From: the human T2T-CHM13v2.0 reference genome, Homo sapiens
Assembly (NCBI RefSeq): GCF_009914755.1
Contig: NC_060926.1
Direction: 5' to 3' (one strand)
Length of the DNA: 64,000 bases
Below the pieces are notes generated by a model. It searched no databases, was not told the origin of the DNA, and worked only from the letters and a program-made list of their open reading frames with translations. Positions 17,560 through 31,220 of this stretch are shown here, one piece after another (the stretch's first letter is position 1; each line of letters starts with the position of its first letter). A program made the position numbers and the translations under genes.

Positions 17560-18440
17560 GTCTTTTACTGCATCTGTAACTTTTCACTGGCTACTGACCC
17601 TTCTCATCAGCATTTAAATACATTCATGTCCTCACTCCTTAAAAAGCCCTTCTTTAATCGCCATCACCTTTCAGCTACCAGCCTCTCTCTTCCCTTTTAC
17701 AGGGAAGAGAAATGTACTGAGAGCCACGCACATGGGAGCCTCTGTCCATGCCAGTCCCTCTTCAACCCACTGCAACTAGGCTCTCCCCAGTGCCCCACTG
17801 AACTGCTTTTGCCAAAGTCACTGCACACCTTCTCAGGGACACATCTAATGGACAATTCTCAGCTCCTAGCCTTCTTGATTTCTAGTGGCACTTCCCCTCC
17901 TCTCAGCTGAGCTCTCTGCTCGGCTCCCACAAGCCTCATGCACTTGTTTTCCCTTCTGGCTGCTCAGGCGCATCTTCACTGGGAGATCCCTTGTTTTGCT
18001 CTGCCTATCCTCACATGTGCTCACCAGGGTGTAGTCTCAGGGCCTCTTCCACATTCCACAGCCCCAGTCCTCATCAACACTGCAGACACCCAAATCTCCA
18101 GGCCATACTATTCTGGGAGTCAGAGCTGACAACAAAGCACTCCTTGGACATTTCAATGTGGTTGAGTATCCCAACTTTGAAAAGCCCCAAACAGATCTCA
18201 TTAACACTCCTATTTATTATACTCCTCTCGCCCTTAACCCTAGTCCATTAATTCTCTTTTATGCTTCTCCTCTATGAATAACACAAATATTATTCACCCT
18301 TGTGTCAGAAATTCCAGCATCATCCTTGACTCCTCTTTTTATCTCAGATGATACTAAGTTCCATCAGCTACAGCCCTGCAATCTGTCCCATCAGTTCATT
18401 TCCATGCATTCTACAGCCACTGCCTAACTCAGGCCCTTGC
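17560..18440 (+). mobile_element. L2 fragment
   Basis: CACTGAACTGCTTTTGCCAAAGTCAC..TCTAATGGACAATTCTCAG..CATCCTTGACTCCTCTTTT; boundaries approximate. Confidence 0.6.
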
Positions 18441-19353
18441 CCTCAGCAAGCCACTGGCTTTACTGAAGCTTTCCCCTAGCCAGTCTGAAGCTGCCCTTAG
18501 AAAGCAATTTGCACATAATCTCCCTTGAACTTTGATGTATATATAGACATGTCTTGGTTCTCAAATAGCCAGCATGTCCAGGAGATGGGTCATCCTATTT
18601 ATTAGTTCTGGGACCTGATCCAATGCTGAATACATATAAAGCACTCAGTCAAAAAGTTTCCAAATATGCAGCTGTACTGTCCCGATTTTATTTAGTTCTG
18701 TGCCTCTTTAAAGATTAGTAGTCTGTAACAAGGACAAATTTGACTCACTCTAATTTAACCCTCTCAGCTCAGCAAAGTAAGTAGGTGCCAGAGAGAGGGG
18801 AAAGGGGCTCTCACTGGCCTCTGCAGCCTTTTGGCCACTCCTACCCGAGCCCGGCCTTTCCCTCCCAGGGAACAGAAGGTTGGCGTGAACCAAAGTGTGA
18901 CACAAGGAATTTTTGGCTTTTGAGCTTCCATGAGCCAGATCCCAGCAATGTAGGGGATTTTAAATGTAATTTTGACTCTGCATGAATTAAATTTTAGAGC
19001 TAATTTTGAAACCTATCTCCCCCATATTTGATGTCACTCTCACAAACTGCCGGTTATCCAAACAAACAAGCCAATTTCTTCATAAAGAAAATGGGATGTA
19101 ATATCCACTCTCCACCTGGGGTTAGGATTAACTCAAAGGAGTGGTTGTGAAAGTAATATACCAACAATGTGAGATGTTAATACCAACATCTTAAATCACT
19201 GAGTTACACTCCAGATAGAAAGAAGACTGGGGAACAGCAGCCTCATTACTTATTTTCTCTAGTTCTTAGATATTGAGACTTTCTAGTTATGTCATAGGAC
19301 ATTTATACCTAGTTAGAAGCATTTATGCATATTTTTGTCCTTCTTTTACTCAC

Positions 19354-19416
19354 CTGTAGTAAACGTATCTTGTAAAGTTTCTCTTTCTCCATATTATACC
19401 GTCTGTCTAGGTCTTC
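19354..19416 (-). CDS. CCDC93: CCDC93 coding exon (~exon 18), 63 nt: [21 protein letters not shown]
   Basis: Acceptor tttttag|GAA, donor CAG|gtgagt. Confidence 0.94.
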
Positions 19417-19791
19417 CTAAAAATTGGAAAAGGCTGTAATTATCTGGGAATAGAAAACTTTCACTCTTTAATGGAGTCTTTGAAAGTTGAATATGTTTTT
19501 ATCATATCTCCCCCATCCTAAGGCCTTAAATTTCTCTTCTTAAATGCCCAAGTTTACTGTCTGGGTCCTGTCTCATATGAGACCCTTGATACCCTCTCAT
19601 ATCATGTTATAACAACTCTTCCTTCTGGGACCCAGGGCAAATCCAGTATTCTTAAGTGAAGTAACCTCCAAATGTATATGCCCTTCCCCTGCAAAAACCT
19701 ATGATGATGTAGAGACAAATCATTAGTTAAAGAATGTGTTGTACTATGCCTGTGTTTGGAGATGATGCTAGTTTTCTATGTTTCTACTTAG

Positions 19792-19885
19792 AGCTGTGTT
19801 ATCCAATGTGATAGCCACTAGCCACAGCAGACAGTGCGGAACAGAACATTTCTATCACTGCAAAAAGTTCTTTTGGACAGCATTG
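19792..19885. mobile_element. MER3-like fragment (internally deleted)
   Basis: TCCAATGTGATAGCCACTAGCCACA...CATTTCTATCACTGCAAAAAGTTCTTTTGGACAGCA. Confidence 0.7.
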
Positions 19886-20275
19886 ATATAGAAAATAGAA
19901 ACTAGTCCCTCATTGAACCCAGCAATGAGACATGGCTGGATGAGACATGGTAAGAGACATGGCTGGATGGTTTGTCGCCTCAGAGAAAGTTACAAAAGGG
20001 GTCAAAGGAGTGCCTCCTTCCTCAGCATAGGGAATATAAACACACCCCCCTACCCAACGCACCCAAGGGGCTCAGCTGCAGGCAAAATCCAACAGACTTC
20101 ACTGGAAGAGTGCTGAAGCTCATTCTCCTGGGAGATTACGAGGGTACAAAGGGAAGAGGAACCCTTAAAGAAGGCAGATGCTTACAGTTTTCCTGCTTTT
20201 CCTTTCCTCCACTTCCTTTCCTATCTCTTTCTTCTGGAGGGTTTTGGAATGCGGAGAGCACTGGTTTAACTCAGA

Positions 20276-20482
20276 AGTGGGTGGCAAACTACAGCCTGTG
20301 AGCTAAATCCTACAACCTTTGGGCCAAATATGCCTTGTGGCCCATTTTTGTAAATAAAGTTTTATTGGAACACAGCCATGTCCATTCATTTACAGATCAA
20401 CTATGGTCACTACAGCAGAGCTGGCTCACAAAGCCAAAAAGAGTTACTATGTGCACCTTTATAGAAACAGTCTGCTGAGTCT
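20276..20482 (-). mobile_element. MER58A-like MITE
   Basis: TTTTGTAAATAAAGTTTTATTGGAACACAGCCATG motif with GGCAAACT terminus. Confidence 0.8.
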
Positions 20483-20858
20483 GGTATATAGTACAACAGA
20501 GAGAGAAGGTTTTCCCCTCTGTACCACCCCATCCCTCAGAGCCTGAGTGGTGACCAGCATATGCGGCCAACGCAGGCCTCTCCCCTTCCCAGCTGAGAAG
20601 CCAGCATGAAAACAACATGCTTGTACACAGAACTGGAAGAAAACCCATCAGAAAGGTGACCTTCAGGGCCATTCCTGGTGAGACCCTGCCTCCATCTGAG
20701 GCCTACCTGTATCAAACAGGACAATGCCCTGGAACGCCTAGATGTGGAGTTGGCCATAGAGCACATTAAAGTAGGCATGAGAAGCCATCACAGGAGAGTG
20801 GAAAGCTGGCCGCCTGCCCTCAGGAGACAATGCCAGTCCTGAGCAGGCAGGTACTTAC

Positions 20859-20912
20859 GTCATGAGTCATTGCAGAGGTCAAGGTACCAGGCGGCTCTCC
20901 ACTGGAGAGGGT
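20859..20912 (-). CDS. CCDC93: CCDC93 coding exon (~exon 17), 54 nt: TLSSGEPPGTLTSAMTHD
   Basis: Acceptor gtttcag|ACC, donor GAC|gtaagt. Confidence 0.92.
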
Positions 20913-22140
20913 CTGAAACAATGAAAACATAATAAACACCTCTCCTGAGCATTCGGGAATAAGACAGAAGCCAAGGATCTAGATGTAGGAAGGGGCCAGG
21001 CAGGGGCATAAGGGTGCAGCTGAGAAATGTGTTGATGTCCCCCGAGCATGTCTGAAGAGAGCAGAAAGGGAACTGCCCTTAGATGAGCAGCAGATTTTAA
21101 ATTGTTCTTAGGTGTCTGTCAGTTACACACTAACACAGTAAACCGTATAGCTCTTTTTGAATGTAAGAATCTCGCTAACAAGATGTGCTGAAAAGAGAAA
21201 TGAGATCTTAAGAGTCTAATTTGTGCAGAGGCTCAAAACTCAAACTGATGATTTGAGCTTTAAAGGTTTAAAGTTTTAGAAACAACAGGAGAGGTGGACT
21301 GTGCGACGATGAGCCTGGGATACCACTGCCTCCTAGGCTCTCCTATTCACCCATGCCAGTCCCCTCACAGATGTGAAGAGTTGTATGGCTCGGGTGAAAT
21401 AATGCAACCACTCAGGAGAGTGATAACGGCCCTGCAAGATCTTCGTCTCCCCGCTGGGCATGGCAGTGTCCTGTACAGCCATGGGCACTGTCCAGTGCAG
21501 AGTTCTGGGCCAGGCAGCAGGGCATGCGGTCTGGCGTGGGGTGGCTGGACACTCTTGTCCTCCCTAAGCCTCAAGTTCCCTGTTTCTTACAATTTAAGGT
21601 TCAGTGAAAATTCATGCTAGCTCCTTGGAAGATCAAGTCCTCTGTTCAGAGAACCAGCTGTCCAGGTGTGTTCCCTAAACCCAGACTGCTCCTGCAAGCC
21701 TAGGGTTCTTCTGTTAAATCCAACACTGCTCTCTCCTTCTTCATGTTTGTTGCTGCCTTTTGGGAGTGGGGCATTATCCCTGAGCAGGAAAGGAGAAAGG
21801 TGAAATGAGTAAACTGGCAGAAAATTTAAGGAACGGGTGAGCAGGAAATAGAGCTCAGACTTTTCCCAGAAACATCTCCCTAAACAGAGGGAGGCCAGAA
21901 TTGTGTAATCTGGTAATTCGTGTCTGGGTTGCTGCCTTCCACACCCTCTGCTGCCTTCCACTCCCAGAGGAAAGAGAGAAGAGATGGATACAAATCTAAG
22001 AAGGTCACAGAAGGAAAACAGTTGAGGAATGTCTATTTACAGGATAAGTTAGCAACAGCGGTCTGCTCTTTGGTCCTCTAGAACTATCTTTTTCCCGTAA
22101 TAGCACCTGAGAGTCTCAAGGACTAATTCAGAGCCTTTAC

Positions 22141-22212
22141 CTTTTCATCTCCACGTGGTGCTCTCTCAGCTTTCAGGTTTTCAATTTCTTGCTGTAGTCG
22201 TGTCATCTCCTC
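22141..22212 (-). CDS. CCDC93: CCDC93 coding exon (~exon 16), 72 nt: EEMTRLQQEIENLKAERAPRGDEK
   Basis: Acceptor ttttaaag|GAG, donor AAG|gtaaag. Confidence 0.92.
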
Positions 22213-23006
22213 CTTTAAAAGTGACATGAACGTTTACAAAATTCAGACAAGGAGTAATTAGACGCAATTATTCAACTATTTGGTCCACAAGTCTTATTTT
22301 CACATTTCATGAGTTTATTCTGGGACGAAAAGCTAATGAGGTAGCTGCCCTGATCTCCAATTATCAGCCTGGGAAAGTTCTTTTCAGGAGGCTACAGGCA
22401 GCTATTCCTCCATCAAAAGAGGTCCTTCTTTCTGAAGGGCTGGTGAGGTATACAGTAATCACTGGGCATTGAAATGAACAAGTGATCTAGAGCCTAGTTC
22501 CAGTTAGTCTTGTCTGTTTCCTCTCTCCAGCAGGCCTCAACCTTATTCAGCTGTCCATCTTCCAGCCTGGAGCTCTGCCTCATCAAGTACCTCCTCCACT
22601 TGCTGTCCTCCTTGGCCCTTAAGTAAGATCTAGCTTTTTGGTGGCTCCTGTGCTGAAGTGCCTTTTCCTCCCCTGGAGCTCACACAGAACTTGCCAGGCC
22701 TCATTTCCTATCTCACACTAGAGTTGCCAGAACACGCATCACCCCCACGACTAGACTACAAGTTTCCAGAAGATGACAGCCAGGACTTACACATAGGACA
22801 TAGACATCCCAGGTTTTCAGGACAGCCCTGGTTTTGTATGATGTTACTCTTTTCACAAAGGCCGTCTGTCAACAAAATATATTTTTGCAAAAACTTCATA
22901 AGACTTTTCTTTCAAATACCAAAGTTAGGTGACATTGTTTGTTTTGGGGTTTGGCACAAAGTTACTAACCATGGTGCTCTATTCAGCTTATACAACTGAC
23001 AAATAA

Positions 23007-23323
<317 letters not shown>

Positions 23324-23434
23324 GAATCTGCTTTTTAAACTGCACTGGATAGGATGCCACAACAGGACAACGGAGGTAAACCAAGAGATTCAATAAGCGT
23401 CCTGGTTTATTTGCTGACACCAAACAACACTTAC

Positions 23435-23516
23435 TCGACAATGTGCTTTAAATTCCTGTTCTTGACTTTTCAGATTTTCATTCATGGCTACAAGTGCTCT
23501 CAGGTTCTGTAGGATA
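23435..23516 (-). CDS. CCDC93: CCDC93 coding exon (~exon 15), 82 nt: T+[27 protein letters not shown]
   Basis: Acceptor ctcttcag|T, donor CGA|gtaagt; completes the AG|T Ser codon. Confidence 0.94.
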
Positions 23517-24651
23517 CTGAAGAGAAAAGACAAAAAAATGACATATGGCAGGCCATTATGATTTTATGAATCGCAGCTAAAAGCAGGTCCGCAGCTAAAA
23601 AAGGACTCTCCTTTTAATTTCCTTTCTCAGCTCTAAGAGTGTCTCACAGATTCTGCACAAATGATAATGACTTCCATTTAACTGACATTATTATTCATTT
23701 ATAAACCCAAGACCATCAATGCCGGATCCAAGAAAACATTACAGATTCCACAATTAAAATGTCAACTATAGAAACATCAATGAGTTTCAATAGTACCAGG
23801 TATATTTAATGATACCAATTATTCAACTGTATTCGGGGCATATACAGTATTGAAAACTATTTTTAAAATCCATTCTGAAAAGGAAACAAGTTGCTTAAGG
23901 TCATTAAAAGCACTAATTTGACAATAAAAATATCAACTATCTGACAGTGCTTTGCTCCATTTCATGAAACAAAGGTTTCTAATTATAGAGTCAAGTTACC
24001 TGTGGGTACTTTTTGCTAAAAATGTTCATCAAACAAGTACTGCTCATTCTGTGCCTGCAACTTTTTGATTTCATAGTCTCATTCAAATAAGCAGCTCCCA
24101 GGAGACTTTACCACCCAAATAGTCTGAAGCTAAAAAGGTCAAATGTTAAGTGCTTTCTCTCCTCTAATGCTCTAATGACAATTAATTCTACATGAAAGAA
24201 CAAACAACTACAGCAGCAGCTGTGTCTTGACAGAAAAGACTGCACCTTTTCTACCAAGGAGGCACGAGCTGTTTAAAAACTTGTAACAATAGTGAACTCT
24301 AGGGAAGAGAATTGGGTGGCTGGGGACAGGAGTGGGAGGAAGATTTTTCACCATATGCCCTTTTCTGTACTATGAAGGTATGACCATTTTGAAAAATAGA
24401 AAAACAAAAAACTATGCTGCTTCTGTACACAAGGGGTATTGGGAAAAAGGTGACTAACCCAGGGCAGCCCAGGCACATCTCAGCATGGCAGAGTCACCAC
24501 TTTCTGGATGAACAGTAAAATGATCTGACCTGCAGGGGCCAGACCAATAGCCTTTGGCTGCTTTGTTCTGTGTTTAAACAAATTAAGCCAACAAGTATCA
24601 GCAAAGTCACTTTCATCAAAGCAAAAATAAGCGCATGCTGAAACCTCTTAC

Positions 24652-24725
24652 CTTGGATCAGCTTTGGATTCTATCTTCTCGAGGGCTGCTTGCTCTTTGT
24701 CCAGTTTCTCACTGTAAGTCTTCAG
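24652..24725 (-). CDS. CCDC93: CCDC93 coding exon (~exon 14), 74 nt: LKTYSEKLDKEQAALEKIESKADP+AG
   Basis: Acceptor ctcttgcag|CTG, donor CCAAG|gtaaga. Confidence 0.94.
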
Positions 24726-27704
24726 CTGCAAGAGAGAATGAAGACATGGTTGCTGGAGCCTTGGTAGCAGAGGTGAACAACTTCACCTTCTTTTTGTGAG
24801 GCAGATAATGACACTTTTTAAAGAAGAAACTTAAACTTGGATTTTAATGTGTAAAGTAGGTAATTACATCATACAACAGAATACTAAGCCAATATTTTAA
24901 AAAAGAATAAAGTAGCTCTTTTACAATGATCTCTAGTATCTACTGTTCAGTGAAGAAAACACCGTTTCTCCAAACCTACACCCTTTGTACTTTTTGAATT
25001 TTGTACGATGTGAATGTGTTACTTATTCAAAAATTAAAAAAAAAAAGTTTTAAAAAAGTTCCAAGAGTTCTAGTTGAAAATAGTAGACTAAGCACAACTT
25101 GCAGCCACCCCTTCTTGCCCTAAGACCCCCAAACATCCAGACTATTACATTAGAACACAAGAGTTTAACCTCACAGGCCAAAAAGGATGGTTAACAGACA
25201 GGAATGGCCTCAGGAAGAAGCTGTGTGGAGTTAGCAGACGTAGGAAGGACTGGTGTGCAGTGTTGGGGATCTGCATTAGGAATAGCCACATAGGCTAGGC
25301 AATGAAACCTGACTCTCTTAAACACAAGAGCTGGTGCTTAAGTCTCAGAGGCAGGGCGGGGTCCCACATAGTTGGTGATACCCAGCAGAAATGGGGAGTT
25401 CCCCGACCCAGAACATCAGTTACTACCGGCTGATCTCAGCAAACAGTAGGTAGATCCCTTCCAGAATAAACACAGGAAGTGGGCTGCATAAAATGCATGG
25501 ATCCACAGAGGTGGTAACCCGAAATTTTAAAATTAAAGATGAACATATAACCAAGGATCATCAAAGAGCTGAAGACAGACATAACCTTAAAAAAGATGTA
25601 TCAATTCAACAAGTCAATTCTGATCTTAATAGTTACAGAGCAAGCAAAACTAGATACAATTAATGTACTTAGACATAAAAGAATACTGCATAAAAACAAT
25701 CAGCCTCACACACACGAAATTAGAGTTGTGACTGCTGAAGTTACAAAGCAGCCAATCTCCTGGCCTTTCTGAAGCAGTCATGCAGCCTCCCCCACAGGTG
25801 TCAGGCACCACTGCTGTCTGCAACCCTCCATGCCCAGCTCTACTTTTCCCAGATTTACTGGAAAGACACAAGTCCTCTCTGCTTTTCAGTGCCACTAGGT
25901 TATCCTGGAAGGGCAGGTTTTGCTGAAGAGGTCAAATCTGGGAAGCCTGGAATGAAAGGGTTCAGAGCGCTCATTCTGCTTACTCCTAACCTTGATAGGT
26001 AAGGAGAACCAGGCCCAGAGGTGAAAAACATTAATTATGCACAGGCTGACCAAATCAAGCTTCTTCAGAAGTTGTTCAGTACTAGGTTTTATACAGCTTC
26101 CCATTTTTCTAGATGGGAATTAGTCTGATTTTCCTATTAGATAGTAAGCTCCCAGAGAGGGCTCTGATGCCAGGCTGCCTGTATTTGAATCCTGACACCC
26201 GGCTGCATGGCCTCTCTGCCTTAGCTTTCCCATCTGCAAAAAGGAACGACGACTGCAGGAATGATATGCCCAGAGCAATGTTGGCTGCTGTTTTCATTTG
26301 AGGATAGTCTTATTACTGACTTAAATCACACCCTCCACCTTTCTATAACATGAAAAGGGCTCAACAAATACTTGATTTAGTATTTAGTATAAAAAGCTCC
26401 TTTATAAGTCACTGATAGTTTATATCCTAAGGCATATAAATGTCTTAGAAAGCTGATATCAAGATATTTTGCCTTTAATCTCTTTCAGATTATTATACAA
26501 AGACAGATCCACGAATTGGCAAACTTCATGCCAGGGGCTCTGCGGCATTAAAATATCACAGAGGGCTCCCAACCCGCAGAGCTTGCCATCTAATCCGTAA
26601 GGAACGCAGTCACAGAGCAATGTAAAGGAAGCTAATCTGTCCAAAGGCAAGGCAGGCGTCTTTATGAACAATGAGAAAAAAATTATTCTAATTGACATTC
26701 ATGTGCCTGCCCTTTTGAAATATTCTGACAATAACTGAAGAGGTTAGTCCAGACCAGAATTGAAAAGCTTTGTCAGGTTTACATCAAGGTGGCAAATTAA
26801 GTGCTACATATCGCTACAGAGTAAGAATTTTAAATTGGTAAATGTCATGTGAATTCTAGAAAAGTAGGGATACTGGGGTGGTTTCGGAGACGTCTTTGAA
26901 GATCCTAGCTTCCAAATCGTCCAGGAAGTACGAGGTAGGGACCTTGCAGCGAGGTCCTTCCATAGTACGGCTATAGTCCAAGCACCAAAATCACAAGGAA
27001 GACAGCTTTTCAAGTCTGGATGAGGATAGTTCTCTGTGGAAACCAAGGAACAGAAATATCTACACACTGCTCATGACAGAGGTGGCAGCAGAGGTGTCTG
27101 TTCAGCAATCACAAGTGGGAAGTGAGCAGCGACAATGCTGATGTGAAGTAGCACACTTGCAACCTGGACTACAGATTGAATCGCAGGGTTCAAATGCACT
27201 CCCAGCCCTCCTTCTCCTCCTGCAGCCCTTCCCCCACTCTGCCTAGGAGATAACTGGAAATTCTGAACAATTATATCACTCTGAGGTTCTCTCATCTTTC
27301 AAAAGACATCTCACTCTCAAGGAATTCAGGATCTTAGAGTTACTATACAAGCTGCTGTTTGAGGGGCAGGAGCTATTTACTGAGTGACACTGTGAGTTCT
27401 TCTCTGTGCCCCACCCAGCCTATCAGGCTCACCTTCCCAGGAAGCCTTTCCTGACCCTCGCAGCCCACAGAGACCCCTCCCACCAAGACCACTAAGGGAC
27501 TAGAATGTGCAGTGTGGGCAAACTGATGACATGGGTCACGCACTACCATGTAACTGTCCTATGTCCTCAAAATGACTGCAGCCTCTGAGAACAGGATCGT
27601 GTCTCCCACACACAGACCGATGAAACACATCATTCCATTAGTGGTTCAGGTCAAAAACAATTCTTGACAAGGGCCCACAGAAGAAGGAGAATCTATCTGC
27701 TCAC

Positions 27705-27767
27705 CTCTGTCAGCGTTTTCTTGGCTTCATTATATCTGGCTTGTAGGCTGGTGTGACTTGCTCGCAG
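27705..27767 (-). CDS. CCDC93: CCDC93 coding exon (~exon 13), 63 nt: LRASHTSLQARYNEAKKTLTE
   Basis: Acceptor tttacag|CTG, donor GAG|gtgagc. Confidence 0.94.
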
Positions 27768-27929
27768 CTGTAAATGAAAGATAAAAGACATATGCTCTCA
27801 TTTGATCCTTATGACAACACAGATGTGAATTTCACAGATGAGAAAATGAAAGCTCAGAAAGATTTAAACTGAGCAAATGTGAAAATTTTAAAAGGGTTGC
27901 CAACAACAAATGAAGAAAAAAACCTCATA

Positions 27930-28140
27930 TTTAATTAGCACCAAGTACATGTCAGCTGATGTACTAGGAATTTTGCATAAATTATATCACTGAATCTTTA
28001 TATTCAGTGAAAAAAGACACTTTTCTTATTTTACAGATGAGGAAATAAAGACTCAGAGCAGTCAAGTTTATTTGACTAAAGTCCCATAGCTGATAACTGA
28101 TGAGGCCCAGATCCAAATTCAAGTCCCTCTGACTTTTCAG
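27930..28140 (-). mobile_element. MIR
   Basis: ATTTTACAGATGAGGAAATAAAGACTCAGAG..AAAGTCCCATAGCT. Confidence 0.65.
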
Positions 28141-28872
28141 TGGGGCTACAATCAATGCAGTTAACCCACTTGCCTGTTTGCAGAATACAAACAGCATTTC
28201 AGCACTTGAGATCCCAGCATAAGACTGGTTGGCAAATGATGACACATAGAAGATAGGATTCAGGACTTCAACACCAAGAGAATGAAAATAAATTACTTTT
28301 ACTGTTCCAACTTACATAACTGTAAACTCACATCTTGAAAAAGTCAATTCCCTTTCTCTTGCTAAAACAGTATATCCTTGTGTCTATCAACTTTTAGAAA
28401 TTTGAAAACATTCCTTTAAATGCTCAAAAGGATTGTGTATTTTCACTTTTAAGAAGGATACAAGGCAGAAAACCACCTTCAAACTTGTTATTAACTGGGT
28501 TCAAGTTAACAATGAGAAATTTTAACCTATATCTCAATGGTTATTTCAAAGTAACATGCCCCATCCTTGGGCCTGTAAGCAGCTTATTAAGAGTTATGTC
28601 ACCTTCAGAAATCATTACTCCAATCTAGCTACTAGTCTTCATGACTGATAAATAGTTATAATTCCAACAAGGCCTATCAAGAAGCCAACTCAAGCTGAGA
28701 GCAATGTGATAAAGGAGAGAGAAGCAGGTGGGTTCTGGTGCCCCCCTTTTCAAAGAGAGCCATCTGTGCAATGACAACTTTTATTAGTCTGTTTGTGTAA
28801 CTGGGAGATAAGGGTACTCTGGGAAAAAGTTTAGTTTTCTCTTTAAATCCCAGTGTTTTAACTGTTGATGTT

Positions 28873-29428
28873 TGCTATGGTCTGAATGTTAGTGTCTGCC
28901 CCAAATTTGTATCTTAGAACCTAATACCCAATATGACAGTTTCAAGAGGTGGGGTCTTTGGGAAGTGATTAAGTCATGAGGGCTCCAGCCTTGTGAATGA
29001 GATGAGTGCCCTTATAAAAGAGGCTCAGTCTGGGCAACAAAGTGAGACTCTGCTGTCTCCAAAAAAAAAAAAAAAAATTAGCCCGGCATGGTGGTGTTCC
29101 TGTGGTCCTGACTATGTGGAAGGCTGAGGTGGAAGGATTGCTTCATCCCAGGAGGCTGAGGCTGCAGTGAGTTATGATCATGCCACTGGACTCTAGCGTA
29201 GATGATGGAGTGAGACCCTGTCTCAAAAAAATGAAAATAAAAGAGGCTTGAGTGGGCTCCCTTGCCTCCTTCCACCATGTGAGGAAGCAGCAACAAGGCA
29301 TCATCTATGGACATCAGACACCAGATCTGTTGGTGCCTCGATCTTGGACTTCCCAACCTTCAGAACTGTAAGCAACAAATTACCACGTCTAAGGTATTTT
29401 GATAGAGCAGCCTAAATGGACTAAGACA
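28873..29428 (+). mobile_element. MaLR solo LTR (MLT1A/MST-like), interrupted by an Alu
   Basis: Starts TGCTATGGTCTGAATG, ends ATGGACTAAGACA; internal GATCTTGGACTTCCCAACCTTCAGAACTGTAAG. Confidence 0.8.
29026..29236 (+). mobile_element. 5'-truncated AluJ nested in an MLT1A-like LTR
   Basis: AluJ-type right arm; TSD ATAAAAGAGGCT at 29014-29025 and 29237-29248. Confidence 0.85.
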
Positions 29429-30037
29429 AGGCTCTAGGAAAGGTCCCCGGGATCTTCCCACCTGCTTCACCCACCTTCTTGTGTAGCCTCTCACCCCTGC
29501 ACCCACCTACTCATCTGACATTTACCCAATGCTCTGCTCAAATGAGGTGTATGGGAGAAAGAAAAGAACATGACATTGTAACTGTGGGATTAAAATATGA
29601 GAAGAGATGGGGCAGAGCCAGGCCCAAGGAAAGAGAGTTAGCTCCCTCACCAGGGGGTTCAGGAAACCTTCACCAACAAAGACTTACCCCAGATGGATCT
29701 TGGCAGGGAAGTAAGAGCTTTCTAAGAAGAAAAGGCTCATCTCTTTTCTTTTCTTTAATTAATTTAACTAACAATTAAATTCTTCATCTGATCATCTTTT
29801 CTTAAATAGGAAGTGTCCCAGTAGCTTAGCTTAGTTTTTATCTTGCTGGAGTCCTCCAGGATTCTCTTACCTCTATTTTCTTCTTCATCATTAACCCCTA
29901 CACTTACTCTAAAAATTCAGCTGCTGGTTAACACCACCTCTCTGGATTTCTCTTTCTTTCATCACTCTCAGGTTTCCTCTTAGCTACCTACCACCTGTAC
30001 TCCATTCTATTCCTTTGCATATTCCCTCATTGGACCA

Positions 30038-30407
30038 TGATATGATTTGGCTGAGTCCCCACCCAAATCTCATCTTGAATTGTGGTTCCCATAATCCCCA
30101 CGTGTCGTGGGAGGGATCAGGTGGAGGTAATTGGATGATGGGGGTGGTTTACCCCATGGTGTTCTCGTGATAGTGAGTTCTCAGGAGAACTGATGGTTTT
30201 ATAGGCATCTGGCATTTCCCCTGCTTGTACTTCTCCTTCCAGTCATCATGTGAAGAAGGACATGTTTGCTTCCCCTTCCGCCATGATTCTAAATTTACCC
30301 TGAGGCCTCCCTACCCATGCAAAACTGTGAGTCAATTAAACCTCTTTCCTTTATAAATTACCCAGTCTCAGGTATGTCTTTATCAGCAGGGTGAGAATGG
30401 ACTAATA
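30038..30407 (+). mobile_element. THE1C/D-like MaLR solo LTR
   Basis: Starts TGATATGATTTGGCTGAGTCCCCACCCAAATCTCATCTTGAATTG; ends GTGAGAATGGACTAATA with the terminal CA missing. Confidence 0.88.
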
Positions 30408-30409
30408 TT

Positions 30410-31220
30410 TCCTTATTTGTATAATGAGGATAATAATAGTACCTCCCCTTCATAAGGATGTTGTGCGAACTGAGTCAATTTTGCAAAGTGCTTAGTAATT
30501 AGTAAGCAATAACAAAGCACTTATTAGCCATTACTATTACTGACAGATAGATGTCTGTGATAGAATACGTGAAATAAAAACTCAATTTTGTAACCATACA
30601 ACTCACTCTCCCCAGGTGAGGGCATACGTGTCTGTAAAAGCCTAAAAAAGGATGCATCTCAGATGCCTTCTGCCTGTATGACCTTGTAAAAGAGGCTGTG
30701 GGATGTAAAGAGTTTGGAATCCCTCACATACTACAGGTAGAAGTATAAATTGATAAAATAATTGATGAACAACTCAATAGTTTCTAGCAAAATCAAAAAC
30801 GCATTTTTTGAGAAGTTAGGGAACAAGTTAAATAAATTGTGTTACATATATACTATGTCACACTATCCAGTCACTAAAAAGAATGAGGTAGATTTATTTG
30901 CTTAAATTTTGGTTCAACCACTAACAAGCTATGTGACTATAGACAGCCTGCTTAATTTCTGTGTCTCAGTATCCTTATTTGTAAAGTGAGGAAAATAACA
31001 GTACCTCCCATTCATAAGGATGCTGTGTGAACTGAATGAGTTAATTTTATAAAGCACATAGTAATTACTAAGCAGTAACAAAGCACTTATTAGCAATTAC
31101 TATTACTGACAGAGAGACGTCTGTGATACAATAAGTGAAATAAAAACTCAATTTTGTAACCATACAAGTCACTCTCCCCAGGTGAAGGGGCATACATTTT
31201 TGCAAAGGCCTAAAAACAGG
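30410..31220. repeat. Direct duplication of ~240 bp (30410-30651 and 30972-31220)
   Basis: Manual alignment gives roughly 85-90% identity. Confidence 0.92.
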
